The notes under the pieces were generated by a model. It saw only the letters and a list, made by a program, of their open reading frames with translations, was not told where the DNA came from and did not search any database. The position numbers and the translations under genes were made by a program. DNA of 64,000 nucleotides. Source: Paracoccaceae bacterium (GTDB taxonomy: Bacteria; Pseudomonadota; Alphaproteobacteria; Rhodobacterales; Rhodobacteraceae). Shown here piece after piece: positions 31,480 to 39,797 of this stretch (the first letter of the stretch is position 1; each line of letters begins with the position of its first letter). Location of the stretch: contig JAUYQR010000012.1 of the NCBI GenBank assembly GCA_030697175.1, positions 59,591 to 123,590 on the forward strand, in the 5' to 3' direction.

Positions 31480-32421
31480 TCAGTTCTTCGCCAGATAGTC
31501 GGCGATGTTGGCCGGGGTCACCAGTTCGAACGGGACGTAGACCTTCTGGTCGACCGCTTCGCCTGCCGCCAGCTTGACCGCCGCATCCAGCGCGCCGCCA
31601 CCCTGGGCTGCCGCGTTCTGGAACACGGTGATGTCCAGTTCGCCCGCCTGCATCGAGGCCAGAGCGTCCTGCGTCGCGTCGACACCCGACACGATGACCG
31701 ACGCCATGTCGATGCCCGCAGCCTTCATCGCCTGGATCGCGCCAAGCGCCATCTCGTCGTTGTTGGCCAAGACGCCATCGAACGCGGCGCCGGTGGACAG
31801 CCAGTTGGTCATCAGGCTTTGCGCTTCGTCACGGCTCCAGTTGGCGGTCTGCTGGTCGATGACGTTGACCTTGACCTTGCATTCGCCGGCTTCGATCACG
31901 TCGTAGTAGTTCTGCGTGCGCTGCACGGCGGCCTGGTTCGAGAGCTGACCCTGCATGACATAGACGGCGACATCGGTCTTGCCGGCAGCGGCCCACTGAT
32001 TGCACTGCTCGATGAAGCCCTGGCGCGAGGACTCGGATTCGTTCGACGCGACGAAGGCCTGGTTGTCGGGCAGGGTGTCGACGTTGACCGGCTGGCGGTT
32101 GACGTAGACCAGCGGCACGTTTGCAGCGGCGGCGGCATCCGACATCGCTTGCGTGGCCGAGGTGTCGACCGGGTTCACGATGATCGCGTCAACGCCCGAG
32201 GCGATGAAGTTGTTGATCTGGTCCAACTGCTTGGCCACGTCGTCCTGAGCATCCTCGATCTGCACCGACAGGCCGGCCGCATCGGCCTGCGCCTGGATGC
32301 CGTTGCGCAGCACGGTGAGGAAGTTGTCGTCGAACTTCGCCATCGACACGCCGATCCCTTCGGCCATGGCGGTGGTGGTCATCAGCGCCGCAATGCCGGC
32401 GGCGATCAAGGTCTTTTTCAT
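31480..32421 (-). CDS. Periplasmic sugar/inositol-binding protein (RbsB/MocB type)
   Basis: Signal peptide MKKTLIAAGIAALMTTTAMA and a type I periplasmic binding fold (GVDAIIVNPVD motif). Confidence 0.8.
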   Translation of the reverse strand: MKKTLIAAGIAALMTTTAMAEGIGVSMAKFDDNFLTVLRNGIQAQADAAGLSVQIEDAQDDVAKQLDQINNFIASGVDAIIVNPVDTSATQAMSDAAAAANVPLVYVNRQPVNVDTLPDNQAFVASNESESSRQGFIEQCNQWAAAGKTDVAVYVMQGQLSNQAAVQRTQNYYDVIEAGECKVKVNVIDQQTANWSRDEAQSLMTNWLSTGAAFDGVLANNDEMALGAIQAMKAAGIDMASVIVSGVDATQDALASMQAGELDITVFQNAAAQGGGALDAAVKLAAGEAVDQKVYVPFELVTPANIADYLAKN

Positions 32422-32633
32422 GGTACTCCTCCCAGAGTTTTTTCTGCCGTTGAGCAGGTCAGGTCTACGTCTTCTACGTCTTGCTCGCCGCTATTGCAAC
32501 GAAATTTGCGATAGTTGTATTTTCGCAAAACTTGCACGATTCACTTCGTCAGCCGCAATTTCAGGCTGATCCACTTGTTTTGTGCGGTCAACAGGTTTTT
32601 GCAACCGGTTGCAAATGCGGAGCGCGTCCGTCA

Positions 32634-33437
32634 TCACGCCGCCGCCACAAGATGGGCCATGCTGTCACGCAGCGCACTGGCCGGGGTCGCCAGATCATGC
32701 ACCGATGGCGCAAAACACTCGAACGACACCGGGCCGCGATACCCCGCCGCCTGCAGCGCGCGAATTTGCGCCACGTTGCCAAGCACATCGTCAGCGTCCA
32801 CCAGCACGCGGTGGGCGTCGGTCATCTGGCCGGTCGACAGGCCCTTTTCCACGACGCCCGAGATGTGGACGATGCCGGTATGGTCAGGATAGATCGGCCC
32901 GCCGCCCGCAAGCGTGTGGTGGAACGTGTCATGCACCAGCTTGAAACGCCCCGTCGCATCCAGCGCTTCGAACGCATCGACCGCTTCGGACTTGTAGCGC
33001 AGCGCGCAGATCTCGAAGCCGAGGGGTTCCACCATGCCGACCAGATCGTGATCTTCCAGCATCGGCTTCAGCGCCTTCAGCGCAAGGCGCAGGTTCGCCT
33101 GCCGCTCGCCGTTGCCGGTGCCGAGGTTGTCGTTGCGCGGGATCAGGCTGACCGCTTCGGCGCCCGCTGCCTTGGCGATCTGCATCAGCGCCAGCGCCTC
33201 GGCGGCCTTGTCCGCGGACCAGTCGTTGAACCGCTTGACCTCGGCGACCGCCAGCAGGCGCAGGGTGCGTGACCGCGCCAGATCACCGGCGGCTTCGGGG
33301 CTCATCCCGTCGAACAAGGGTTGCGGCAGGTCGTTCCTGACCTCGATGCCGACGCAGCCAAGGTTGGCGGCAAGATCGACAAGCGCCGCATAAGACAGCT
33401 TCGCCACGGTCATGTGGTTCAGCGCAAACGAAATCAT
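32634..33437 (-). CDS. Xylose-isomerase-like TIM-barrel protein (IolI/MocC-like inosose isomerase)
   Basis: Start trimmed to MISFALNHMT. AP-endonuclease-2/TIM-barrel pattern (EP.G, HDTFH, SFE). Confidence 0.7.
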   Translation of the reverse strand: MISFALNHMTVAKLSYAALVDLAANLGCVGIEVRNDLPQPLFDGMSPEAAGDLARSRTLRLLAVAEVKRFNDWSADKAAEALALMQIAKAAGAEAVSLIPRNDNLGTGNGERQANLRLALKALKPMLEDHDLVGMVEPLGFEICALRYKSEAVDAFEALDATGRFKLVHDTFHHTLAGGGPIYPDHTGIVHISGVVEKGLSTGQMTDAHRVLVDADDVLGNVAQIRALQAAGYRGPVSFECFAPSVHDLATPASALRDSMAHLVAAA

Positions 33438-33564
33438 CGGTGAGGCCCCCTGGCCGGTATTGGTTGCGGCGGACCGTGGGCCTATTCGCCCATTCGCGTC
33501 AATGGAGGGGGATGCGGTTTTCGTCAGCACTGACGATAAATCCGCGCAAGCTGATGTCTTTTCG

Positions 33565-34596
33565 TCAGACCGATTCCGGCAGATAGAGGTCAGGTTGCAG
33601 GAAATGCTGGCCCGAAACCGATGGCACGCCGTTCTGCACCGCATCCGACGCAAGCGTGATCAGATCGGCGCACAACCGCTGCAAGGGCGTGGCGATCACC
33701 ATCGTCACCTCGTGCGAGATCAGCGCAGAGCGGCTTTCAGGGGTCAGTTCGTTGACAATGAGCGCCACCTCGCCGGCGCTGCGCACCTCGCGCAGCGCGG
33801 CGATGGCCCCTTCCATCCCGCCCCCCGCGCAATAGATGCCACGCAGGTCGGGATGCCGCCCCAACAGGTCCAGCGTCGCCTCATAGGTCAATTGCCGGGT
33901 TTCCAGGTTGACCAGCGTGTCCAGCACATGAAACTGCGACGCATATTCGCGAAAGTAGCTGCGAAACCCGGTTTCCCGCAGTTCATGGCCGTGCCAGCGG
34001 TAGCCGCCGACGAACACGGCAATCTTGCCCGGCTGGTTCGCGCAGTGCGAAATCATGTGCGCGGCAATCCTGCCGACCTTCAGGTTATTGAGACCAAGGT
34101 AGTTTTGCCGCACTCCTTGGGCAAAATCATTGAGCAGGGCAAAGCAGGGGATGCCACGCGCGTTCAGCCGCACGACAGCATCGGTGACCTCGGGGTGGGT
34201 CACGGCGGTTGCGGCCACCGCGTCCACCCGGCCCGCCATCGCGTCGATCAGGCTGGCGAAATCGCCGGGCGCCTGCGACGTGGCAAACTCCACCTGCACC
34301 GACACCCGCACGCCTGCCACCGCAGCGGCGGAGCGTTCCAGTTCGGACTTGAACTGCTGGTAGAAGGATTGGCGTTCCTTGTGCAGCACGACGCCAAGCC
34401 TTAGGCGCGGCAGGTCGGCCTGCACCCGCTGCCCGATCAAGGGTGCCGCGTGGTACCCCACAGCGCGCGCCGCATCATAGACCCGGCGCGCGGTTTCCTC
34501 GCGCACCCGTTCGCGCCCGTTCAGCACGCGGTCCACCGTGGCGGGCGACAGACCCGCCTCGCGGGCAACATCGTGGATCGTGGGGCGACGGCTCAT
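33565..34596 (-). CDS. LacI-family transcriptional regulator
   Basis: Start trimmed to MSRRPTIHDVAREAGLSPATVDRVLNGR (helix-turn-helix), followed by a periplasmic-binding-like effector domain. Confidence 0.85.
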   Translation of the reverse strand: MSRRPTIHDVAREAGLSPATVDRVLNGRERVREETARRVYDAARAVGYHAAPLIGQRVQADLPRLRLGVVLHKERQSFYQQFKSELERSAAAVAGVRVSVQVEFATSQAPGDFASLIDAMAGRVDAVAATAVTHPEVTDAVVRLNARGIPCFALLNDFAQGVRQNYLGLNNLKVGRIAAHMISHCANQPGKIAVFVGGYRWHGHELRETGFRSYFREYASQFHVLDTLVNLETRQLTYEATLDLLGRHPDLRGIYCAGGGMEGAIAALREVRSAGEVALIVNELTPESRSALISHEVTMVIATPLQRLCADLITLASDAVQNGVPSVSGQHFLQPDLYLPESV

Positions 34597-34768
34597 GCTG
34601 ACCTCGATTTGACGATTTTTCGTCTTTTGACGAGTCACTCTTGATGCCTTCTGACGAAATTTGCAAGGTTTCCCTTGGTCAGATCCGCCGCTTCGGTCTA
34701 TTCCCCTTGGACGCGGCTTGCACCCGATTGGCGCAGGCGGCAGAACCAGAGGCAGCGGAGGTATCGGC

Positions 34769-35881
34769 ATGGCCAAGCGCGACTACAGTCTTCAGGGGCC
34801 AGACGCACGGCGTGCGGTGGAAACCGGTCTTGCAGCCGCCGAGTGGTATCACACCGAGGTGCCGCGCAAGGTGATGAAAGACCTGATGCAGCGCAGCGAC
34901 GCGCCGGCGATCCGCGATACGGTGATCCTGTATGGCTGCATGATCCTGTTCGCGGGCCTTGGCATCGCGCTGTGGCCCAGCCTTTGGTCGGCGCCGTTCT
35001 GGCTGGCTTACGGGGTGCTTTACGGCAGCGCGTCGGATTCGCGCTGGCATGAATGTGGTCACGGCACGGCGTTCAAGACCAAGTGGATGAACGATGTGGT
35101 CTACCAGATCGCGTCCTTCATGATCATGCGCAACGCGGCGACCTGGCGCTGGAGCCATGCGCGCCACCACACCGACACCTACATCGTCGGCCGCGACCCC
35201 GAGATTGCGGTGATGCGCCCGCCCGAACTGGCGAAGGTGATCCTGAACTTCTTTGGCATCATCGATGTGATCAGGTTCTTCCCGAATCTGGTCTACAACG
35301 CAGCCTTCGGGCCAACCGCCGACGAACGCACCTTCGTGCCGCAAAGCGAATGGGGCCGGGTGCGGCGCGTGGCGCTGGTGCATCTGTCGGTCTATGTGGC
35401 GACCGTCGCGCTTGCGGTCTGGATGCAGTCGGTCCTGCCGCTGATGGTGATCGGTCTGCCAAGGCTTTACGGCGCGTGGCATCATGTGATGACCGGGCTG
35501 TTGCAACACGGCGGGCTGGCCGACAACGTCATCGACCACCGGTTGAACAGCCGCACGGTCCTGATGAACCCGATCAGCCGCTTCATCTATTGGAACATGA
35601 ACTACCATGTCGAACACCACATGTTCCCGATGGTGCCCTATCACGCCCTGCCCCGGCTGCATGACACCATCAGGCACGACCTGCCCGCGCCGAACCGGTC
35701 GATCGCCGAAGGCTTCCGCGAGATGTGGCCCGCGTTCCGTCGCCAGCTTGCTTACGAGGATTTCTTTCTGAAGCGCAGCCTGCCACCCACCGCCAAGCCC
35801 TACCGCGAAGATCTGCACCAGATCTCGCCCGGCACGCTGACGCCTGCCGCGCCGCCTGCAACCGCAATCCCCGCCGAATGA
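34769..35881 (+). CDS. Membrane fatty-acid-desaturase-family di-iron oxygenase (MocD-like)
   Basis: Start trimmed to MAKRDYSL. Three His boxes: HECGH, HARHH, HVEHH. Confidence 0.8.
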   Translation: MAKRDYSLQGPDARRAVETGLAAAEWYHTEVPRKVMKDLMQRSDAPAIRDTVILYGCMILFAGLGIALWPSLWSAPFWLAYGVLYGSASDSRWHECGHGTAFKTKWMNDVVYQIASFMIMRNAATWRWSHARHHTDTYIVGRDPEIAVMRPPELAKVILNFFGIIDVIRFFPNLVYNAAFGPTADERTFVPQSEWGRVRRVALVHLSVYVATVALAVWMQSVLPLMVIGLPRLYGAWHHVMTGLLQHGGLADNVIDHRLNSRTVLMNPISRFIYWNMNYHVEHHMFPMVPYHALPRLHDTIRHDLPAPNRSIAEGFREMWPAFRRQLAYEDFFLKRSLPPTAKPYREDLHQISPGTLTPAAPPATAIPAE

Positions 35882-35888
35882 GGACCAG

Positions 35889-36200
35889 ATGCCCTGGATC
35901 AACGCCTGCGCCACTGACGACATCGACGAAGAGGATCTGATCCGCTTCGACCACGGCTCGCAGACCTTTGCGATCTACCACTCGCCGGAGGGGGACTTTT
36001 ACGCCACCGCCGGGCGCTGCACGCATGAGGAGGTGCATCTGTGCGACGGATTGGTGATGGGTCATCTGATCGAATGTCCAAAGCACAACGGCCAGTTCGA
36101 TTACCGCACCGGCGAGGCCAAGCGCGCGCCGGTCTGCGTCAACCTGCGAACCTTTCCGGTGAAGGTCGAGGCTGGCCGCGTCTTCATCGACATCGCCTGA
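35889..36200 (+). CDS. Rieske [2Fe-2S] ferredoxin (MocE-like)
   Basis: 103 aa with CTHE...(17 aa)...CPKHNG Rieske ligands, 8 bp downstream of the desaturase gene. Confidence 0.85.
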   Translation: MPWINACATDDIDEEDLIRFDHGSQTFAIYHSPEGDFYATAGRCTHEEVHLCDGLVMGHLIECPKHNGQFDYRTGEAKRAPVCVNLRTFPVKVEAGRVFIDIA

Positions 36201-36215
36201 CCGGAAGGAAAGCAG

Positions 36216-37013
36216 ATGCGCACCCGCAGGATGACCATCGCCGATCTGCGCGCGGCCAAGGGGCAACGCGCCCTGACCATGCTTTACGTCGAAACCCCCG
36301 ACGAGGCGGCGGCGGCGGCAGCGGCGGGGGTGGATATCCTGTCGATCATCGCCCCGGTCTGGACCGACACGATGCGCGAGGCGGCGGGCGACTGCTTTGT
36401 GCAGGTGGGGCTGCTGTATGGCGGCCCGATCTCGACCGATGATTACCTGCGCGCGGGCTTTGCCGCGCTGAACACCGGGGGCGATGCGTTCTATTGCAGC
36501 GCCGCCCTGGAAACCGTGCGCCGGATGGCGGCGGAGGGGCTGCCGGTGGTCGGCCATGTCGGCCTTGTGCCGCACAAGGCCACATGGACCGGCGGTTTCA
36601 AGGCGGTTGGCAAGACCGCGGCAAGCGCCCTGTCGGTCTGGCGCGCGATGTCGGACCTGGAGGCGGCGGGTGCCGTCGCGGTGGAGTTGGAGGTGGTGCC
36701 GGCCCGTATCGGTGCCGAGCTTAGCCGCCGGTCATCCTTGGTGACGTTCGGCATGGGTGCGGGGTCTGGCACCGATGCGCAATATCTGTTTGCCGAGGAC
36801 GTGCTTGGCTGCACCCGTGGCCACCGCCCGCGCCATGCCAAGACCTACCGCAACTTCGCCGCCGAATACGAGCGCCTGCAGCAGGAACGCATCGCGGCCT
36901 TCGGTGAGTTCGTGGCCGATGTGAAAGCGGGCCGCTACCCCGGCGCGGAACATGACGTTGCGATGGACGAGGCGGAGTTTGCGGCCTTTCTGGCGGGTCT
37001 TGATCCGGTCTGA
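36216..37013 (+). CDS. Divergent PanB-like (ketopantoate hydroxymethyltransferase family / ICL-PEP mutase superfamily) protein
   Basis: PanB-like blocks VVGHVGLVPH...GGFKAVGK, ELEVVP, FGMGAGSGTDAQYLFAEDVLG and a C-terminal FVADVKAGRYPGAEH. The canonical N-terminal VGDSLGM block is replaced by IIAPVWTDTM. Confidence 0.6.
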   Translation: MRTRRMTIADLRAAKGQRALTMLYVETPDEAAAAAAAGVDILSIIAPVWTDTMREAAGDCFVQVGLLYGGPISTDDYLRAGFAALNTGGDAFYCSAALETVRRMAAEGLPVVGHVGLVPHKATWTGGFKAVGKTAASALSVWRAMSDLEAAGAVAVELEVVPARIGAELSRRSSLVTFGMGAGSGTDAQYLFAEDVLGCTRGHRPRHAKTYRNFAAEYERLQQERIAAFGEFVADVKAGRYPGAEHDVAMDEAEFAAFLAGLDPV

Positions 37014-37024
37014 GCCGACCCCGT

Positions 37025-38371
37025 TCAGACCGTCACGACCAACCGCGCTGGCAGCGTCATCCGGACCGCAAGCCCGCCAAGCCCGGCCGAGGCGTCAAGG
37101 TCAAGCGAGGCCCCATAGGCGCGCAACAGATCAATCGCGATCGCCAGACCAAGGCCGGTGCCGGGCTTTGAGGTATCAAGCCGCCCGCCCGAGCGCAGCG
37201 CCTCGGCGCGGTCGGCCTCGGGGATGCCCGGCCCGTCATCCTCGACCCTGATCTCGATCCCGTCGCCCACCCGCCGCGCGGAAAGCGAGATCGAGTGGGC
37301 GCACCATTTCAGCGCGTTATCAAGGACATTGCCCAGCACCTCTTCGATGTCCTGCGCATCGACCCGGATCGTGAGGCCGGGGTCGCAGACCGTGGCCAGC
37401 GATTTGCCATCGCGCGCGGCCATCGCATTGAACAGCCGCGAAAACCGGTTGATCGAATGGCTGAGGTCGGTGCGGGCGGCAGTGGATTCGCCGGTGTTCG
37501 ACATCCTGATCCGTGCCAAGGACCGGCCAAGCTGGGCATCGAGCCGGTCCAGCGCATCAAGCGCCTTTTCGACCTTGGCCCGCTTTTCCCTGAGCGCCAT
37601 CAATTCGTTGCGCAGGATGGCGCTTGGGGTTTTCAGCGCATGGGCCAGATCGGCCGCCTGCCGCCGGGCGCGCCCGACGATGTCACGGTTCCGTTCCAGC
37701 AACGAGTTGATATCGGCGACCAGGGGGGCCACTTCCTCGGGGTAATCCGCCTCGCTCAGCGCCTCGTCGCGTTCCCAGCGGTGTGCCACGTCCTGACGCA
37801 GCTTTTCAAGCGGTCGCAGGATCGCCGCGGTCTGCGCCAGCACGCTGAACAGACCGAGGCCCGCCACCAGCGCGAAGGCCACCAGAAGGCTGCGCCGCAT
37901 CTCTTCGCGTTCGGCGTTCAGCCCGGCGCGGCTTTGCCCCACGGCAACCGTCCAGGCGCTGCCATCCTCCAGCGTGATGATCTGGTAGGCCGCGCGCAGG
38001 GTTTCGCCCTCGGGGCCAGAGACGTTGCCGATCAACAGGCGGTTCGACAGGTCGATCGGCCTGGGCAGGACGCTCTCGAACAGCGAGGCTGAACTGGTTA
38101 TCTGCCCGTTCTGACCGGTTACCTGCCAGTATTTGCCGGAATAGGGCATCTGGTATTCGGGATCGAAGATCAACTCGCCCAGCCGCGCCGGATCGTCACC
38201 GACATTGTTCAGGGCAGCGACTATGCGGGTGTGGTGTTCGGTCAGCGTGGCATCAAAGCGCTCCAGCACCTTGAGGTTGAGGTAGGAATACAAAAGGAAC
38301 GTGCCGGCGATCATTGCGACCAGCGCCGACAGGCTGCCGCTTAGCCACGCCCGTTTGCGCAGCGACAGCAT
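37025..38371 (-). CDS. Sensor histidine kinase (PhoQ/QseC-like, two TM plus periplasmic domain)
   Basis: H-box DLAHALKTP, N-box NVLDNALKW, G-boxes DDGPGI and GTGLGLAI. Confidence 0.85.
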   Translation of the reverse strand: MLSLRKRAWLSGSLSALVAMIAGTFLLYSYLNLKVLERFDATLTEHHTRIVAALNNVGDDPARLGELIFDPEYQMPYSGKYWQVTGQNGQITSSASLFESVLPRPIDLSNRLLIGNVSGPEGETLRAAYQIITLEDGSAWTVAVGQSRAGLNAEREEMRRSLLVAFALVAGLGLFSVLAQTAAILRPLEKLRQDVAHRWERDEALSEADYPEEVAPLVADINSLLERNRDIVGRARRQAADLAHALKTPSAILRNELMALREKRAKVEKALDALDRLDAQLGRSLARIRMSNTGESTAARTDLSHSINRFSRLFNAMAARDGKSLATVCDPGLTIRVDAQDIEEVLGNVLDNALKWCAHSISLSARRVGDGIEIRVEDDGPGIPEADRAEALRSGGRLDTSKPGTGLGLAIAIDLLRAYGASLDLDASAGLGGLAVRMTLPARLVVTV

Positions 38372-39030
38372 CAGCCCTGGTCGATCATGTATCCGCGCCC
38401 GCGCATGGTCTGGATAAGATCGGGCCCCAGTTTCTTCCGCAGCCGGTTGATGAACACGGCGATCGTGTTGGAGTCACGGTCGCCGTCATATTCGTAGATA
38501 TGCTCTGACAGTTCGGTCCGCGAAATCAGCCGCCCGGTATTGTGCATGAGGTAGGACAGCACCGCCACTTCTTGCGCGGTCAGGTCTACCGGCACCCCCT
38601 CCACCGTGGCGCGGCCGGTGCGGGTATCGAACACCACGCCGTTCTTTTCGACCAAGGGGTTCGTGCGCCCCGAACTGCGCCGCAGCATCGCGCGCACCCG
38701 CGCCGCAAGCTCTGGCAGGTGGAACGGTTTGGTCATGTAGTCGTCGGCCCCGGCATCCAGCCCGTCGACCCGGTCGGACCAGCCGTCGCGTGCCGTCAGG
38801 ATCAGCACCGGCGTCGAAATGCCCTTGGCCCGCCATTCCTTCAGCACCGAGGTGCCGTCACGCAACGGCAGGCCGATGTCGAGGATGATCATGTCATAAG
38901 GTTCGGTCGCCCCAAGGAAGCAGGCTTCCTGGCCGTCGCGCGCAATGTCGACCACCCGGCCCTCGGCCACCAGGAGGCGCTTGATCTGGTCGCACAGGAC
39001 CGGTTCGTCTTCTGCAAGCAATATTCTCAT
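38371..39030 (-). CDS. OmpR/PhoB-family response regulator
   Basis: REC domain (MRILLAEDE, ILDIGLP, LTAR...K) plus a winged-helix domain (TMRGRGY). Its stop overlaps the kinase start. Confidence 0.9.
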   Translation of the reverse strand: MRILLAEDEPVLCDQIKRLLVAEGRVVDIARDGQEACFLGATEPYDMIILDIGLPLRDGTSVLKEWRAKGISTPVLILTARDGWSDRVDGLDAGADDYMTKPFHLPELAARVRAMLRRSSGRTNPLVEKNGVVFDTRTGRATVEGVPVDLTAQEVAVLSYLMHNTGRLISRTELSEHIYEYDGDRDSNTIAVFINRLRKKLGPDLIQTMRGRGYMIDQG

Positions 39031-39071
39031 TTGACCGAGACTATACGCGAACTTGGCAACAATTAAGGCGG

Positions 39072-39611
39072 TTAATTCTTTCCGCCGCCATTTCCACCAC
39101 CATTGCCACCACCATTGCCGCCCCCGTTGCCACCCCCATTGCCACCGCCGTTGCCACCGCCGTTGCCACCGCCACCACCGTTGCCGCCGCCGCCACCGTT
39201 GCCGCCACCGTTGCCGTTGCCGCCCGCCTTGCCCGCAGCGCCGGCTTTGCTGGTGCCATTGGCCTTGCCCGCGCCCGAGCGTGCCGCGGTGGTGACCAGC
39301 CGACCCATTGCAGACGTCGTCGTGACCCGCTCTCCGGTTCGTGCATTGATGATCACGCTGACGAGCGAGCCGTCACTCTTTTTCAGCACGATCCGGTAGA
39401 AAACATCGTCAGCCGCGAAGGCCCGCGCCTCGATCGGCTCGCCGCCGTTGGCTTTGGCGACCTGGTCAATCACCCGCTTCAGGCTGATGGCATTGCCGGC
39501 GGTGACGATGCCGCGCAACTCCGCGGCGTCGACCTCGCGGACGGTCGATCCCAGCACCGGCACGGTAAATGCCAGGCTCGCCACAAGCACGAGGACCGCT
39601 GTTTGCTTCAT
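39072..39611 (-). CDS. Secreted PepSY-domain protein with a C-terminal tail made only of Gly and Asn
   Basis: Signal peptide MKQTAVLVLVASLAF and a PepSY core (ISLKRVIDQV...YRIVLKKSDGSLVSVIINARTGERV). The tail is NGNGGGNGGGGGNGGGGGNGGGN(GGGN)n...GGGKN. First gene of the PepSY-RR-HK operon. Confidence 0.75.
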   Translation of the reverse strand: MKQTAVLVLVASLAFTVPVLGSTVREVDAAELRGIVTAGNAISLKRVIDQVAKANGGEPIEARAFAADDVFYRIVLKKSDGSLVSVIINARTGERVTTTSAMGRLVTTAARSGAGKANGTSKAGAAGKAGGNGNGGGNGGGGGNGGGGGNGGGNGGGNGGGNGGGNGGGNGGGNGGGKN

Positions 39612-39797
39612 TCGGGTTTTCTATCAAGTTCGACGTGAACTGGCGATTAACAATCGGTTCGCTGCGAGTTTAACCGAGCTGGTGTCTAAGCGTTCCACAG
39701 ACCTGCGATTCGGCGGCTGCAACTTGCACGTGTCGACGCAGAAATCGAAACAACCGTAGGTTCCGAAAGGTTCCGACCGAACGCGCAGAGGCAGACC

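Noticed and set aside
39053-39399. His/Cys-rich (HHCHHHC...) and poly-Pro/Leu (PPPLPPPL...) ORFs on the plus strand
   Set aside because: These are simply alternative-frame and antisense readings of the GGN-coding repeat of the PepSY gene. They have no start context or signal.
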